Source: Octopus sinensis
Taxonomy: Eukaryota
Direction: 5' to 3'
Assembly (NCBI RefSeq): GCF_006345805.1
Contig: NC_042998.1
Coordinates: forward strand, 87,916,001 to 87,980,000
Length of the DNA: 64,000 nt
Below, piece by piece: positions 25,653 to 38,854 of this stretch (positions are counted from its first letter, which is position 1; every line of letters begins with the position of its first letter). Made by a program: the position numbers and the translations under genes. A model generated the notes under the pieces. The model saw nothing but the letters and a program-made list of their open reading frames with translations. It made no database searches and was not told the origin of the DNA.

Positions 25653-25870
25653 TACAGGGTAAATGTTTTTAAATTTTCTCCTGGTTTACGGAATGATTTT
25701 TTATTTGCGGTTGAAGCTTTGGCTGTTATTTCTAGTGGGTGAATGGCTATATATGGCCGTTCCTTGATTGTTGATGTTGAACTTAAAAATGGTCTATGAC
25801 TATTTAATTTTTTCCCACTAGGCCGCTGGTGGCAAAAAAATTCTACAAAATTTTTGCCACCCTATATTGA

Positions 25871-25906
<36 letters not shown>

Positions 25907-26199
25907 TTGTAGAAGATAAAAATTCCAGTTGTCAGTACTTTACATCCGAAAACAAAGTCGTGGTTACAGTGATTTATCAGACTTGGATGGGATAATGTTT
26001 ATATTCAAAATTCAAAATATAAAAAAAAATAAAAGATAATGAAATTATAATAAAAATAATATGATATAAAGTGTAAATGAAATAAGATATAAGAACATGA
26101 ATATATATATATATATATATCAACATGTGATCTCTTGAGCACCACCAGCAAAAATATTTTTTCCTCTGTCTTCCCTTCTTGGGATCTTTCCTTCTCCTT

Positions 26200-26234
26200 G
26201 TTTCCGACGAAGAGCTCCGCTCGAAACGTTAAGC
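26200..26234 (+). ncRNA. Hammerhead-like motif (U4C plus extra A after A9)
   Basis: gttt-CCGACGA-A-gagc(tcc)gctc-GAAA-cg-T-T-aagc. Lies in a repeat (~26135-26340) that ends in (TA)n; a diverged relative faces it at ~26415-26620 on the minus strand. Confidence 0.45.
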
Positions 26235-26339
26235 CCTCCTTCCCTTCTTTCCTGAGCGTCAATAATACTTTAATTGTTCCACGTCCTCGCGTTGCTGTGT
26301 TTTTTCTCTCTTTTTTTCTGTGTTTTCTTGTTTGGATTA

Positions 26340-26414
<75 letters not shown>

Positions 26415-26734
26415 GTGGTGTATACAATTCAAATAAACAAAAACATTCAAATAAATGGAGGATAAAAAAAGAAAAAGAAAGAAGAAAAGTCACGAACGTG
26501 AGGACGTGCACAAGAAGTATATTAGCTTGGCACTCGGTGAAAAGAGAGAGTTTAACGTTTCGTGCATAGCTCTTTACAGGAAAGAACAAAGGAAAAAATG
26601 CAAAGAATGAGAAATCGGTAACAGACAATGTACATGTATGTATGTATGTATGTGTATGTATGTATGTATGTATGTATGTATGTGTGTGTATACGTGCGCG
26701 TATGCGCGATTGCGTGTCTGCGTGAGTGTATGCG

Positions 26735-26923
26735 GTAATAAGCACAAGCGTCACCATATGGTAAGAAGTTTGATTCGCAATATGATTCTAACTTAAGTTT
26801 CACTGCGTGGTACGTTGAGCAAGTGTCTTCTATTATTGCCGCGGACCGACCAAAGCCTTGTGAGTGCATTTGGAACAGGGAAGGTAAACGAAGCTCATCT
26901 TGTCTTTCTGCCTTTCTGTCTGC

Positions 26924-26984
<61 letters not shown>

Positions 26985-26985
26985 A

Positions 26986-27069
<84 letters not shown>

Positions 27070-27082
27070 AGTGTATGTGTGT

Positions 27083-27116
<34 letters not shown>

Positions 27117-27240
27117 TGTATGAGTGTATGTGTGTGTGTTTGTTCCTCAACATCGCTTGACAACCGGAGTTACTTTATTTATGTCCCCGTAACTTAGCGG
27201 TTCGCCAAAAAGGGTTTGACAGAATATGTGCTTGACTATA
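26735..27240 (+). mobile_element. Degenerate OR/CORE-type SINE with expanded internal (TATC)n/(TG)n
   Basis: gagcaagtgtcttctattattgccgcggaccgaccaaagccttgtgag before the microsatellite and catcgcttgacaacc...ccccgtaacttagcggttcg after it. Confidence 0.75.
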
Positions 27241-27349
27241 AAAATAGTGCTAAAGTTGGTTCTTTAGACGAAACCCTTGTAGCACTGAGATAAACAAAAG
27301 ATAGCAATCATTACAATTGTTATATATCATTGTATTAGAATATGTTTGA

Positions 27350-27950
27350 GCAAGGTGGCAGCTGGCAGAATCGTTAGCTCTTCACAATCTGAATTCAAAT
27401 CCTGTCGAGGTCAGCTTTTCTTCTCTTTAGAGTCGATGAAGTAAAGTAGCTGTTACGTCCTGACGTGATGTAAACGACTAGATCCTTTACCTCAAAATGT
27501 TTGCCCTTGAACTCTGCAACTGGCTGGTTATCCACTTGTAGGTGTGGGCTGCTCTCGGTTACTCATACCCTATGGAAACCAGGTAACCGGTTTTATGGGT
27601 CAAAAGACTCGAGAAAAACATTATCTGAGAGTTTTGAAATAGCGAACAATATACAGTGTTGGCGTAAATGCTTTACACTTTATCGTATTTTGTTAAGTCC
27701 CTTTACATTAAAATGTCAAATTCTCCACAGTTTCACTTTCCTTTTTATCCTATAACAAAGTACCAGTCAAATACTGGTGTTGAGTTAATCGACCGTTTTA
27801 TACTTTCTTAAGATATGTAACATTGTACAAAGATAAATCATTTGTTCAACCTTTCAAGGTCGATAAAATAATGTCCCAACCAATTATTGATTTCGATATA
27901 ACTGAATAACTTCTCGCTCCCGAAAAAATTTACGGCCTTTTGGCTGAGTG
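27350..27950 (+). mobile_element. Cluster of degenerate OK-type SINE fragments
   Basis: ggcagctggcagaatcgttagc...aattcaaatcctgtcgaggtc; aaagtaccagtcaaatactggtgttgagttaatcgac; aggtcgataaaataa. Confidence 0.55.
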
Positions 27951-28710
27951 AAATAGCTACATTTTTATGAGCTTATCGCTAAGCGAATTATGAAAGCAGG
28001 AATACCAGGATTAGCGCTATAGTTTAGAACGTCGCTCAAAAAGGTTTCTCCTTTTTTTTTTACATCCCTTCTCTCTCTGATTTCAAATTTCACTAAGTTT
28101 AAATTTACCTTTCGAAGATTGATAAAATAAAGTAGCAATTAAATCCATTCGATTGATTTTATACTCCTCGGAAACATGTGGCATTGCGGCAATTTTATTA
28201 GCTTCTAATTTATACCCGTCATGTTATGTAACTTAAGTATTTTCGAGCCAGCATAGGAACCTCTTAATAGTTGTTTGACTGATAGAAACATCAGTTGTAT
28301 TCCTCTCAAACAGTACATTTCCTTGTTCACAAAGAGAGGTACGTCGGCGGATAATACAAACTTAGATGTACTCTCTGAAAATAATATGAAGAGCGAAATG
28401 ACCGGAACGGTTTAATCATACATATGCTTGATCTGAGATGACATACAGCTACACACCAGCAAGTGCAGTGATATGTAGCGCCTGAATTAATTTCACTAGA
28501 ATATAAATAGAAGAATATAATTAATTCGATACACGTTGCCGTATATTTAGACAGGACTGCACAAGTATTTGCTGCAAGGATCGCAAATGTCATACGTACA
28601 TACATGTATATGCATGTTTGTATGTATAAGTGCATATATGTATGTATTTACATATATATGCCCACATACTCGTTATATACATTTATTCAAACATATTCAC
28701 ACACACACAC

Positions 28711-28767
<57 letters not shown>

Positions 28768-29539
28768 TACATGTATGTACAAACACACACACACACCACA
28801 CACACATACACAAACACACACACGTAAGCCCACGCTTATATATGTATATGTATGTGTTTGCCTATGTGTGTGTGCATGTCATAAATACATTCATATATTC
28901 CGGTTGTTCGTCCATTGATATATCATATACAAATATGCACATAGCAAATAGTTATTCCCAGGAATGCCTGTTTATTTGCTTTTACCCTTCCATCTTACTT
29001 AATCTACTTATGTTTGTTTATTGTTTCATATCATTCTTATCTCTGAGATGTTTTGGAGAAGCATATGATGAATATGGATGGCCTGAAATGTTTGTAGGTC
29101 ATTAAAGTACACACAGAGTTGTGAAACACTATTACTATTGTATATGACATTTCTCAAAGATATCACCCATTTACAAATATTAAATTTTTCCTACGGGTGA
29201 TTTTGAATGTCTTTTTTTTCTCTTTTTTACTTTTTTGCTACTCTTTATTTTCGTTAGAGCAAAGATCTCATGTTTCAAAACATCACAGAACCGATTCATT
29301 CAATGATGTATCTTGTTAATTAGGCAAGTAGAGAGTTTGACCGAACTGACATGAAATGATAAAGTAAATAAATAAACAAAACAGAAATGAATAAATAATG
29401 GTGATTTGAGTTTCGAAGCCATGATAATAACAACAAAAAAAATGACTATCAATTAGCAATGGCAATAATATAATAACAAGGGCAATACCAGAAAAAATAT
29501 AGAAAAGAAAAGAGAAGAATAGTCAGCAATAATGAATAT

Positions 29540-29692
29540 AAAGAAGAAGAAGAAGAAGAAGAAGAAGAAGAAGAAGAAGAAGAAGAAGAAGAAGAAGAAG
29601 AAGAAGGAGAAGAAGAAGAAGAAGAAGAAGAAGAAGAAGAAGAAGAAGAAGAAGAAGAAGAAGAAGAAGAAGAAGAAGAAGAAGAAGAAGAA
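29540..29692. repeat. (AAG)n microsatellite
   Basis: Directly visible. Confidence 0.97.
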
Positions 29693-29789
29693 AACTGGTT
29701 CCTAATTTAGGCATCAGGTCAGCAGTTTTGTACCATCGCCTTGAGAACGTGATTCTTACATTACTTGATAGAACACGGGAGATGAAAAG

Positions 29790-30320
29790 AAAAGTTGATA
29801 TCGTCTAGATTTAAACTCAGAACGTAAGCAATTAGAAGACATGCTGCAAGTCAACTTGTCTGATGCTCTAACGATTCTGCCAGATCCCCACCTTAAATAA
29901 TAATTCGTGGGGCGTTTGATGACGATTACATCGACCTCAGTACTCAACTCGTTCCCATTTCAACGACCCCGAAAACATGAAAGATAAAGTCGACCCCAGC
30001 GGAATTAGAACGCAGAACGTAGCGACGAACGAGATGCTGCCAAACATTTTGTCCGGCGTGTTAACGATTCTGTCAGCTCGCTACCTTGACTAGCTACAAT
30101 GATAATAATGGTTACAAATTTTGGCACAAGGCCAGCAATTTCGATAGTGGGGGCGAGACTTTAGTCGAGTGTATCAACTCCTGTGCTCAACTGGTACTTT
30201 TTTTATCGACTCCAAAAGAATGAAAGCCAACGACGACCGCGATGGAATTTGAATTCACAACGTAAAGACGGACAAAATACTGCTAAGCATTTTGACCACT
30301 GCGTTAATGATTCTGCCACT
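29790..30320 (-). mobile_element. Two to three adjacent degenerate OK-type SINE copies
   Basis: Repeated agaacgtaag...taacgattctgccag...tcgaccccagcggaattagaacgcagaacgtagcgacg...ctcaactggtactt...tcgac motifs. Confidence 0.7.
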
Positions 30321-30759
30321 TTAGAGCAATAATCATAAATGATTATTATTATTATTATTATTATGGTGGTGGTGATGATGATGATAATGATGATGATAAT
30401 TAATTAATTATTACTGTATGATCATGTTTATGATGACGATAATGGTAATAAAAATAACAATAAACGATAAAAATGAAGCAAATACTAATGGAAAAAAGGA
30501 TAATTGCTTCCGTGTTAAATTTTCGGAAATAACAGAATGCCTCTGTTAATTTCTAATCAGAAAAAAAAAAGAGAAAGAAAAAAGTGGGAGACTGAGAAAA
30601 GAAGGGAAACAGAAAAAAAAAGAAAAAGAATTGCCAAAGGTTAATGAAAATTACCTCTTGTTTCGGTTCTGTTTATTCCCGTATTTCACTGCCCATATGC
30701 ACACATTTCACTCATTTTTAATTTTATTTATTGCAAATGCTACTCTTGCTCTTTATTGT

Positions 30760-31021
30760 CGTCGTCGTCATCGTCATCAACGTCGGCATAATTGCCATCA
30801 TAATCGTCATCATTGTGGTCATAAACATCATCATTGTCGTTGCCATCATCATCATCATCAACGCCATCACAACCATACCCACCACTGCCACCACCACATG
30901 TGTCATCATCACAACCGTCACCGAACTCTCTACTAGCGTCCTCTCTCTCCTCTTCCTCCTCCTCATCATTGTCAGCAGCAGAAGCAACAGCAGCAGCAGC
31001 AACAGCAGCCATCCTCCCTAT

Positions 31022-31062
<41 letters not shown>

Positions 31063-31199
31063 GTGTCTTTACTGTCATCATTAACATCATCAATATCATG
31101 ATAATCACCACTGTCGTCATCAATATCATTCATAACCGTTATCATTGTCGTCGTCATCATCGTAGCAGTTGTCGTCATTGTCGTCATCGTCATCATCAA

Positions 31200-31243
<44 letters not shown>

Positions 31244-31485
31244 GTTTTCAACATTATTCTACCCGATTCGCCGACCAGCATGGCCAACCCGCCAGACATC
31301 ATCCGTAAAATGAACACCACCTCCGAACGCAACTTTCAAACATTATCACCGCCTCTAACAATATCACCACCATCATCATCATCTGCACTCAATCCGCGAC
31401 AACAGCATCACCATCATAATACACATCATCATCATCACCCTATAATGTTACTATGATAATCACCATGATGATGATCATCATCATC
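30760..31485. repeat. Mixed (CAT)/(CAG)/(GTC) trinucleotide low-complexity region
   Basis: Directly visible; gives H-, S-, I- and D-rich ORFs in all frames. Confidence 0.85.
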
Positions 31486-31870
31486 AACATTGGTTTTTCT
31501 TTCTTTTCAGGAAAGAATTTCATTTGTCCTGATGATGCTGTTACCTCTGTGTGCGTGTGCTTGTGTGTGTGTGTATATATGTATGTGTGTGTGCGTGTGT
31601 TTGTGCTTGTGTTTGTTTACTCATATGACATCGAAGAAAAGCGTTGAACGAGGGAGCTTCGACACGGTCACTCAACCATTTAGAAAAAGCAGCCCAATCT
31701 CTATCAAACCACACGCCATCATCCTGAGAAAGGAAGGACATTGAATAATATAGTTACCAATATAGTTAAAAGACAAGATGACCATGGCCGAAGTACCTTT
31801 CATTCCTCCACGATCAGGTCTAACGTTAAATCCATCATTCACTATACCATAACTGATTTGGCTCTCATTA

Positions 31871-31906
<36 letters not shown>

Positions 31907-32194
31907 CTCTCTCTCTCTCTCTCCTTCTCTCCAAGGAACCACAGCAAACAAAGAACATAAAATCATCATTAAATCATTCACAGATAATGGACCCATAAAT
32001 CCCTTGAAACTTCAAACTCGAGTTCTCAAAAGGAAATATCACCCGTTGGCGTGGAACGTACTGTTTGTTGTTGCAAAGTCACAGGCCCCCTGCCATTAAG
32101 CATTCAAGCTCTCACTTACATTTAGAACAATCCGCGTCACAAGAACAACACAATCCTAAAAAGCATCACCTCTTCCGAAACAAAAACTGGTATA

Positions 32195-32463
32195 CAGTGA
32201 AACCTCGGTTTACGAATATAGTGCGTTCCTGCAGGTCGTTCGTTACCCAAAATGTTCGTAAACCGAGTAGGGATGTGCACTAAGCGGAAGTTAGACAGCA
32301 ACTGACGCTCTCCTATTGATACTGAAGCTTGTCGCCCATTGTTGTTGCTAGCTAGCGTGTTCGTTACTCGAGGTAACGTTTGTTATTCGGTTTTATGTTG
32401 AAAAAATTGTTCATTAGCCAATTTGTACGTGATAAGAAGCGTTCGTAAACCGCGGTTCCATTC
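32195..32463. mobile_element. Tigger/pogo-type MITE (269 bp)
   Basis: Left end TA-CAGTGAAACCTCGGTTTACGAA; right end TTCGTAAACCGCGGTTCCATTC-TA (imperfect TIR). Confidence 0.8.
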
Positions 32464-33617
32464 TATTTATATTGTTACTTAAACTGTTAGAAAAAGCAAT
32501 GAAGTAACTTCCAAATTATATGCTGTTGTCATCAGACAGAAAAACACCTGGAGATATTGCTGTTCTGGAAGCACTATGCTGACAATGAATAAATAAATAA
32601 TAACATGAGATGGTCATGGTTTGAACGCCGGTCAAACGGAGAAACATCAGCCCCTTTGCAAATCGTAGCTTTTTGTCGCTCGATCGACTAACATTCTGCT
32701 GTGGATTTGTTTGATCACAGTTGACTTAAACATAAAGAACAAACACGTAATTTAACTGCATACTAAGGCACGTACGTCGCCAGCCACACACACGAACACA
32801 TGCACCACACACACACACACACACACATATTCACGCACACACACACACAAACGTACATTCAAATACGTACATAAGCAAACACTTATACATTCATCATACA
32901 TTTATATATACACATTTATACACACACACACATACACAGCTATATATATGTATAACTTTTCAAACTACACATTTCATTGAAAGCTGAGCGCAGCACCTGG
33001 ATTGTCTAACCTTTAAAATATTTTTCTCAAAGCCAAGAGGCCCCAATCTCTTTTCTGTTAGTGTTATTTAGCCCAGCTCGACCTCTCGCTGTAGCTAATT
33101 TGAAAGACCTATGAATTTAATATCTGTATCAGTTTTGTTTTTCTGTTACTGTCTTTGCTGTATGTTTTTTTTCTTTTTATTATATTTTCTGTATTCCTCA
33201 CAACTTGTCTTTATTTACTGCTCGGTCTACAGACTTCGTCATTCTTTTATTTTATTTGTCTCGATCTTATTTTTAAAAATGTTGAAATAGTGAAGAATTG
33301 AGCTTGTCTACGTCTTCTGTGTGCATACTGTTTTCTACTTACCTGTAAATTTCTTTGTCGTCCTTGTGCCACTTTTTTCCTTTGTATGTGTGTATGTGTG
33401 TGTCTGTGTTTGTGCCTGTATATATATATATATATATAAATAATAAATATTAGGGAATAAATCCAAATTTACAGGGAAAAAATCAGATTTAGGATTAAAT
33501 CCAATTTTATAGTAAAATATTATAAAATATTATTAGAGACAAAACCACTATTTTGCAAAACAAACAAGGAAAGACTTAATCAATACATAAAATTTTAATA
33601 AATAGTCAAAAAAACCG

Positions 33618-33660
33618 CCACTACAATTGTTTCTTGTCTTGATCGACAATCTTCAGGTGG
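33618..33660 (-). ncRNA. Minimal type I hammerhead ribozyme motif, canonical core
   Basis: ccac-CTGAAGA-ttgtc(gatcaa)gacaa-GAAA-caattg-T-A-gtgg. Palindromic stem III (ACAATTGT), GUA triplet. The AT-rich repeat runs 3' into (TA)n at ~33440. Confidence 0.75.
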
Positions 33661-33682
33661 ACTTCCAATAAGTCAGTTTCAA

Positions 33683-33684
<2 letters not shown>

Positions 33685-33719
<35 letters not shown>

Positions 33720-33750
33720 TAGATAGATATATAGATAGATAGGCAGATAA

Positions 33751-33849
<99 letters not shown>

Positions 33850-33870
33850 CATAGATAGATAGATAGAAAA
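33685..33870. repeat. (GA)n then (GATA)n microsatellites
   Basis: Directly visible. Confidence 0.95.
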
Positions 33871-34289
33871 ACAGATAGGTAGATATGTGTTTTCGGTTTA
33901 CTGTTAGTTAATGCTTGAGATAACAGACTAAAACGTGACTTATAAAACTTTCATAATGTGTGCTAGCCAATTAAAGGAAAGGCTTCACCAGTTAAATCGT
34001 AATGCCATTTGCTTTTACGTGCAGATACAATTACTTCGATGAGAATGTTTGCTAAAACTACTTTTTCTTTAGCCCTTTGGCATCTAGAAGTATGAGGTAC
34101 ACTAAACACAGAGACTACAATACAAACAGATCTAATAAAGACTCAGGAAATGTACAATATAGTCGTACGATGTTTTTTTTTCTTTTTGTGTGTTCTTTTG
34201 TGACAGTTTTAAATTAGGAGGGCGTTATTACTAAGAAACTAAGACGAACTGGACCAAAGCTAAATTTCGCTTTCTTTTGTTCTTTTATT

Positions 34290-34620
34290 CTTTTAACGGT
34301 TTCAGTCGGATTGCAGCTAAGCTGGAGCACCCTTTATCATATTTTCTATCAGTTTTGTTGTCGCTTTATGGCAGGAAGTTGGTCTATGATTAAGATTGTA
34401 GCAGTTGATCTTTCTTGAATGTATCCTTTAATAATTAACTGGTCAAGTACCATCCTCAGGAATTTCTCCAATGTTTTTTTATGAATGCTTCAATAGAAGT
34501 TCCTTCGATATATCTGATTTCTTTAGGTAAGTAGTTGAACAGTTGAGGACCTCTAAATATCAGTCTGGTACAATAGAATGTTTTGAGAAATGAAGTTTTA
34601 GGCTGTAATCCATGAGCTGA
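34290..34620 (-). mobile_element. Degenerate CR1/L2-type LINE 3' end
   Basis: Minus strand reads FRGPQLFNYLPKEIRYIEGTSIEAF...EKFL, then a tail aaagggtgctccagcttagctgcaatc similar to the SINE tail. Confidence 0.75.
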
Positions 34621-36129
34621 AAAGGCAAAAATGTAAAGATTACAATAACATGATTAAACTAATGCACAAACATTTCACATCAATAGTGGAGACAGCCGCG
34701 GGAAATAAACAATAACTTGTAGGTCTTGAACTGAAATTACGCTCACAGATTTTTCATTGTGTCATTGGGCAAGCGACATGCTATGAATTCTTTCACATTG
34801 TCTATGTAGAAAATACGTTAACCATTTGATTTGAGATCATAGATTTGTGTTAAAATAGTCTTACTCGAGTGACAAAGAAAAAAAGATTTTTTTTCTTTCG
34901 TCCTCTTAACGATATCTGAAGGATTAGGAACAGACATTGACATATGTACAACTAATCCTCTAATTGACACCCACTAATGGATAATGGGGAACGCCATAAC
35001 CATTTACAAGTATTTTAAATGCCAATGTAATTTTGATGTATTATCGTCTGCCCGAGTTTGAATGGGATGAGGGGAGGAGGAAGGAGTAGCGGAGTAGAAA
35101 GTAAAAGGGGAGGAGAAAAGAGGGAACGGAGCCGAAGTATAAGAGGAGGAGAAAATGACAGAAAAAGAAAAACGGAAGAAGGAAGGGAAAAGGTGACGGG
35201 AGAAAAGTGGCAGGAGGAGGGAAAGGGAAAATGCGGAAGTTTTTTTTTCCCCCATAAGTGTAGTTTAATTTGCTAACAGAAAAGCATTAAAAGTGCCATC
35301 TCTCCAATACAAATTTAATAAATTCGAAGAGCAGCATCAAAGGAAAGATTTTCATAAAAAAATGTCATCAGTCGTCCAAGCAACAATACTCTAAATTTCC
35401 ATAGCATTCCCTCGATATTTGTTCCCACGTAAGGAAGAGCAAAATGAAAAATTAGCTTTTTAGGATGTATGGCTATAAATATTTTGAAGCTGGATACATC
35501 ATTCTTTCAATTAAAAGTTAACACCTTTTTCATTGTCTAACCTTGAGAAGTCAGTTATCAGCAGATCATTAGAAGTACCAACAAACAAACCACACACACA
35601 CACACACACTTATCGTTATTATCAGCCACATGTGCAGACAATGCCTACACACACGTAAAGTGTGAATAAAAACGTAGGCATATATGTGATTGAAAAAAGT
35701 ACACCACTCCTGAATATGTGAACTTAATAAATTCATCACAGGAGTAGATGCAAGAAGTTCCATATCAAATTTTCTTCTTAAAGTGATGTAGAATCTAAAA
35801 AGGTGGATATATTTTTACGTTTCAATTAAATTCAATATGTCATTTTTTCTTTCAATCCAAATTCCAGCTGCAATATTATTAAATTTCCATTACTTGTGAA
35901 AATTTCCAGTTCAGTTAATTAAAAATATTATGATTCCTGAATGCACATTTTCTTGCTTCTTTTATTCATATTTGACACATCCTGTGTATTGGTATAAGGC
36001 TGCATGTAACAATGTCTGTCTGTTCAGTCGTATTTGTTTTCCTCGAACCTAAGGACTCACAGGGCCCATGGGTAATGGAAGAGACCAAAACCACGACAAT
36101 CCCTCTGATCCGTTAAAGGCAAGTAATTT

Positions 36130-36310
36130 TGAGAGGCGAGGCAAGTCGATTGCCTCAACCTCATTACTTGATTTGTACATTATTTTATCGACTCAAAGGG
36201 ATGAAAGGCAGAGTTGACCTCAGCGGTATTTGAACTCAGAACGTAAAAATCAGGAAATAATGCGGCTAAGCATTTTGTCTGCCTTGCTAAATGATCCTCC
36301 CAATTCACCA
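36130..36310 (-). mobile_element. Degenerate OK-type SINE
   Basis: ttttatcgactcaaagggatgaaaggcagagttgacctcagcggtatttgaactcagaacgtaa matches the family. Confidence 0.75.
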
Positions 36311-37316
36311 CATTTTTCTGCTGTACACACGTTGGTAAACCAGCATTATTCCCTTCTTCTACTCCACTTCAGAACAACCTATCATCGTTTGGACGTTCGA
36401 TATTTTTCATATAGACATAACTTAGACCATTAGTTCTAAAGTACACAAATACGAGGAACCTAACCCGGAAAAATTTAGTGAAATGTTTTGCTACTCCCGC
36501 CAAAATAGAATTTTCAGTTATATCATTCTTTTTTTCTTTGTCATGGTGGAGAATAAATTTCTAAAATTTTGAATAATGGAATTTATCCGCCCCATTTCAA
36601 CCGTTTCAACCGCGAGAAACACTAGGTTTGACTATTTCAGAACTTCATGGCAGTGAATGCCGCACTGTCTGGGAACTGACACAGTCCATTTCATAAATAA
36701 TATAACATTTTCTTGCAGGTGCTTTTTTCGGATAGTTCTAAGTAATGCTAGAGACTAGGGCCTCTACACGATAGCTCGACCAAAATGAAACTAAATACTC
36801 TCAAATCACATTGTTACCCTCTCAATAAAACGAAGGACGAATTTGGTTTATGACTTCTTAATTACACAGTATGAAATTATATCGCATGAAATTTTAATTC
36901 AACGATAATCTCTTTAACTCACCAGAGACATTTAGACACTCCATAGAAGCGATTACCGAATTACTAATTCCTGGTATCTGAACCATTGTAAAGCTTACGG
37001 CTGATAAATACTTAGTTAATCATTAATCAGTCATTCTACCACAGTTTAGAGTTTATTCATCCGCCAAGTGCTAATGTATTGTTTGTCAATTAATGTAACA
37101 AAGTCATTAGAGCATCGGTTAGAGTACCGAGGAGTGTTTATTCAAACTATCTGTACACTGAGTTCAAATAACGCTGAGATCATTCTTGCATTTCATTCCG
37201 TTGGGGGCGATAAAAAAAGTACCAGTTCAGACAATGGATTGAAAGAACAGTTCAGACAATGGATTGAAAGAATCTAATTATATAATTTACGTACACACAC
37301 ATACACATGTATGTCT

Positions 37317-37395
<79 letters not shown>

Positions 37396-37483
37396 ATATA
37401 TATATATTCACTGAAAAATAATAAAATGCTTTTAGGAACTTAATATAGTAAAAAGAAAGACGGTATATATATTTTCAAATAAG

Positions 37484-37526
37484 CAGCTACCGGTTTCTAT
37501 CACTTTGAGACGATTTAATCATGCTG
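37484..37526 (-). ncRNA. Minimal hammerhead-like motif (A3-U8 variant)
   Basis: cagc-ATGATTA-aatcg(...)tgata-GAAA-ccgg-T-A-gctg. 4-bp stem I and palindromic stem III, but the first stem II pair is an A.A mismatch. Runs 3' into (TA)n at ~37400. Confidence 0.5.
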
Positions 37527-38031
37527 AAATAAAAAGAAAAATACGTTGAAATAAATCAACTTAATCTTTCGTAATATCAGTACAGAAAGTTTACAAGTTT
37601 TACTCATTACGACTACGTAGTGCTGTATTTCGTTTCATTCTAATTGTTGCTAGTTGAGAGTGGACGGCAGTGGCGGTCAACCAGAGAAAGTAATGGCAGG
37701 TAGGGATGTTAGTGGTAGTAGCAGATATAGGGACAGCAACAGCAACAGCTAGGGCTTCCAGTGTCTTATAGCGATAAACCATCTAACTAGTAGCAGCCAT
37801 TGTAGTGATTTGGTAATGGTCACAGCAGTGTTGGTGTTGATTGTCCCCCTTTCTCAGTCGGAGGAATTTAAACATAGTTAGTATTTTATTATGAAGGAGA
37901 TATTTTTTATTGAAACATTGTCTTTCAATTGTATAATCATCAAATTTATAAAGAGGAAAAATCGTGAAATTTGGTTGTTTCTAGTTTGCACATGTGTTTT
38001 ATATACATACGTACACACACACACACACACA

Positions 38032-38064
<33 letters not shown>

Positions 38065-38472
38065 TAAACACAAACACACACACAGTGTAGGTTTGATTGG
38101 GTTTTCAAAGCGGTGTATTCTAAATGCACCTCCCGAAGCGAACTTCTGGCTAGACACACTGTAATACTGAAACTTAGAGGAATTACAAGTTTACTGTTGT
38201 AGGAACTCCGGGTATCTCAGTGGTAGAACTAATGTGTAAGTATTTCAAAAAGTAACATATATGGTAAGGCAGAAGAGAAGAGTGAATTTCGTACCAGGCA
38301 CCATGCACGGCTCAGTGCTTGTCTGATGAAGTGCCTCTCCAGCCTATTCAACTACAGATTACGTAATCTTTTACACGAAATCATACACATTCAATGTAAT
38401 TAGAAACGGAAGAAACAATTGTAATGAATATTAAAATTGTACTAATTTCACTCTCCTTATCATATGTGTATG

Positions 38473-38535
<63 letters not shown>

Positions 38536-38659
38536 CATGTGTGCGTATGTGTGTACGTATGTATGCATTGAGAGAGAGAGAACAAGATTGAGAAGGGTAA
38601 TGTGTGTGTGTTATTCATACGCCAAAAGAAACAGTAGTGAAATTAGTGATAATACTTTA

Positions 38660-38854
38660 TGAGCAGTATTTCGTCTGCCGTTACGTTCTCAGTTCAAATT
38701 CCGCCGAGGTTGACTTTGCCTTTCATCCTTTCGGGGTCGATTAAATAAGTACCAGTTACGCACTGGGGTTGATATAATCGACTTAATCCGTTTGTCTGTC
38801 CTTGTTTGTCCTCTCTGTGTTTAGCCCCTTGTGGGTAGTAAAGAAATACGTATT
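38660..38854 (+). mobile_element. OK-type tRNA-derived SINE, best-preserved copy (5'-truncated)
   Basis: gtatttcgtctgccgttacgttctcagttcaaattccgccgaggttgactttgcctttcatcctttcggggtcgattaaataagtaccagttacgcactgggg...gtagtaaagaaata, with a B-box-like gttcaaattcc. Confidence 0.88.

Larger units (their letters stand above)
24957..25878. mobile_element. HHR-bearing fold-back element, circularly permuted ~487-bp unit (family 2)
   Basis: 24957-25311 is inverted at 25422-25775, and 25343-25423 is inverted at ~25798-25878. (TA)n on both sides. Confidence 0.88.

Noticed and set aside
35060-35240. Purine-rich tract as a coding exon or G-quadruplex element
   Set aside because: Low-complexity GA-rich sequence without regular G-tracts or splice and domain support.
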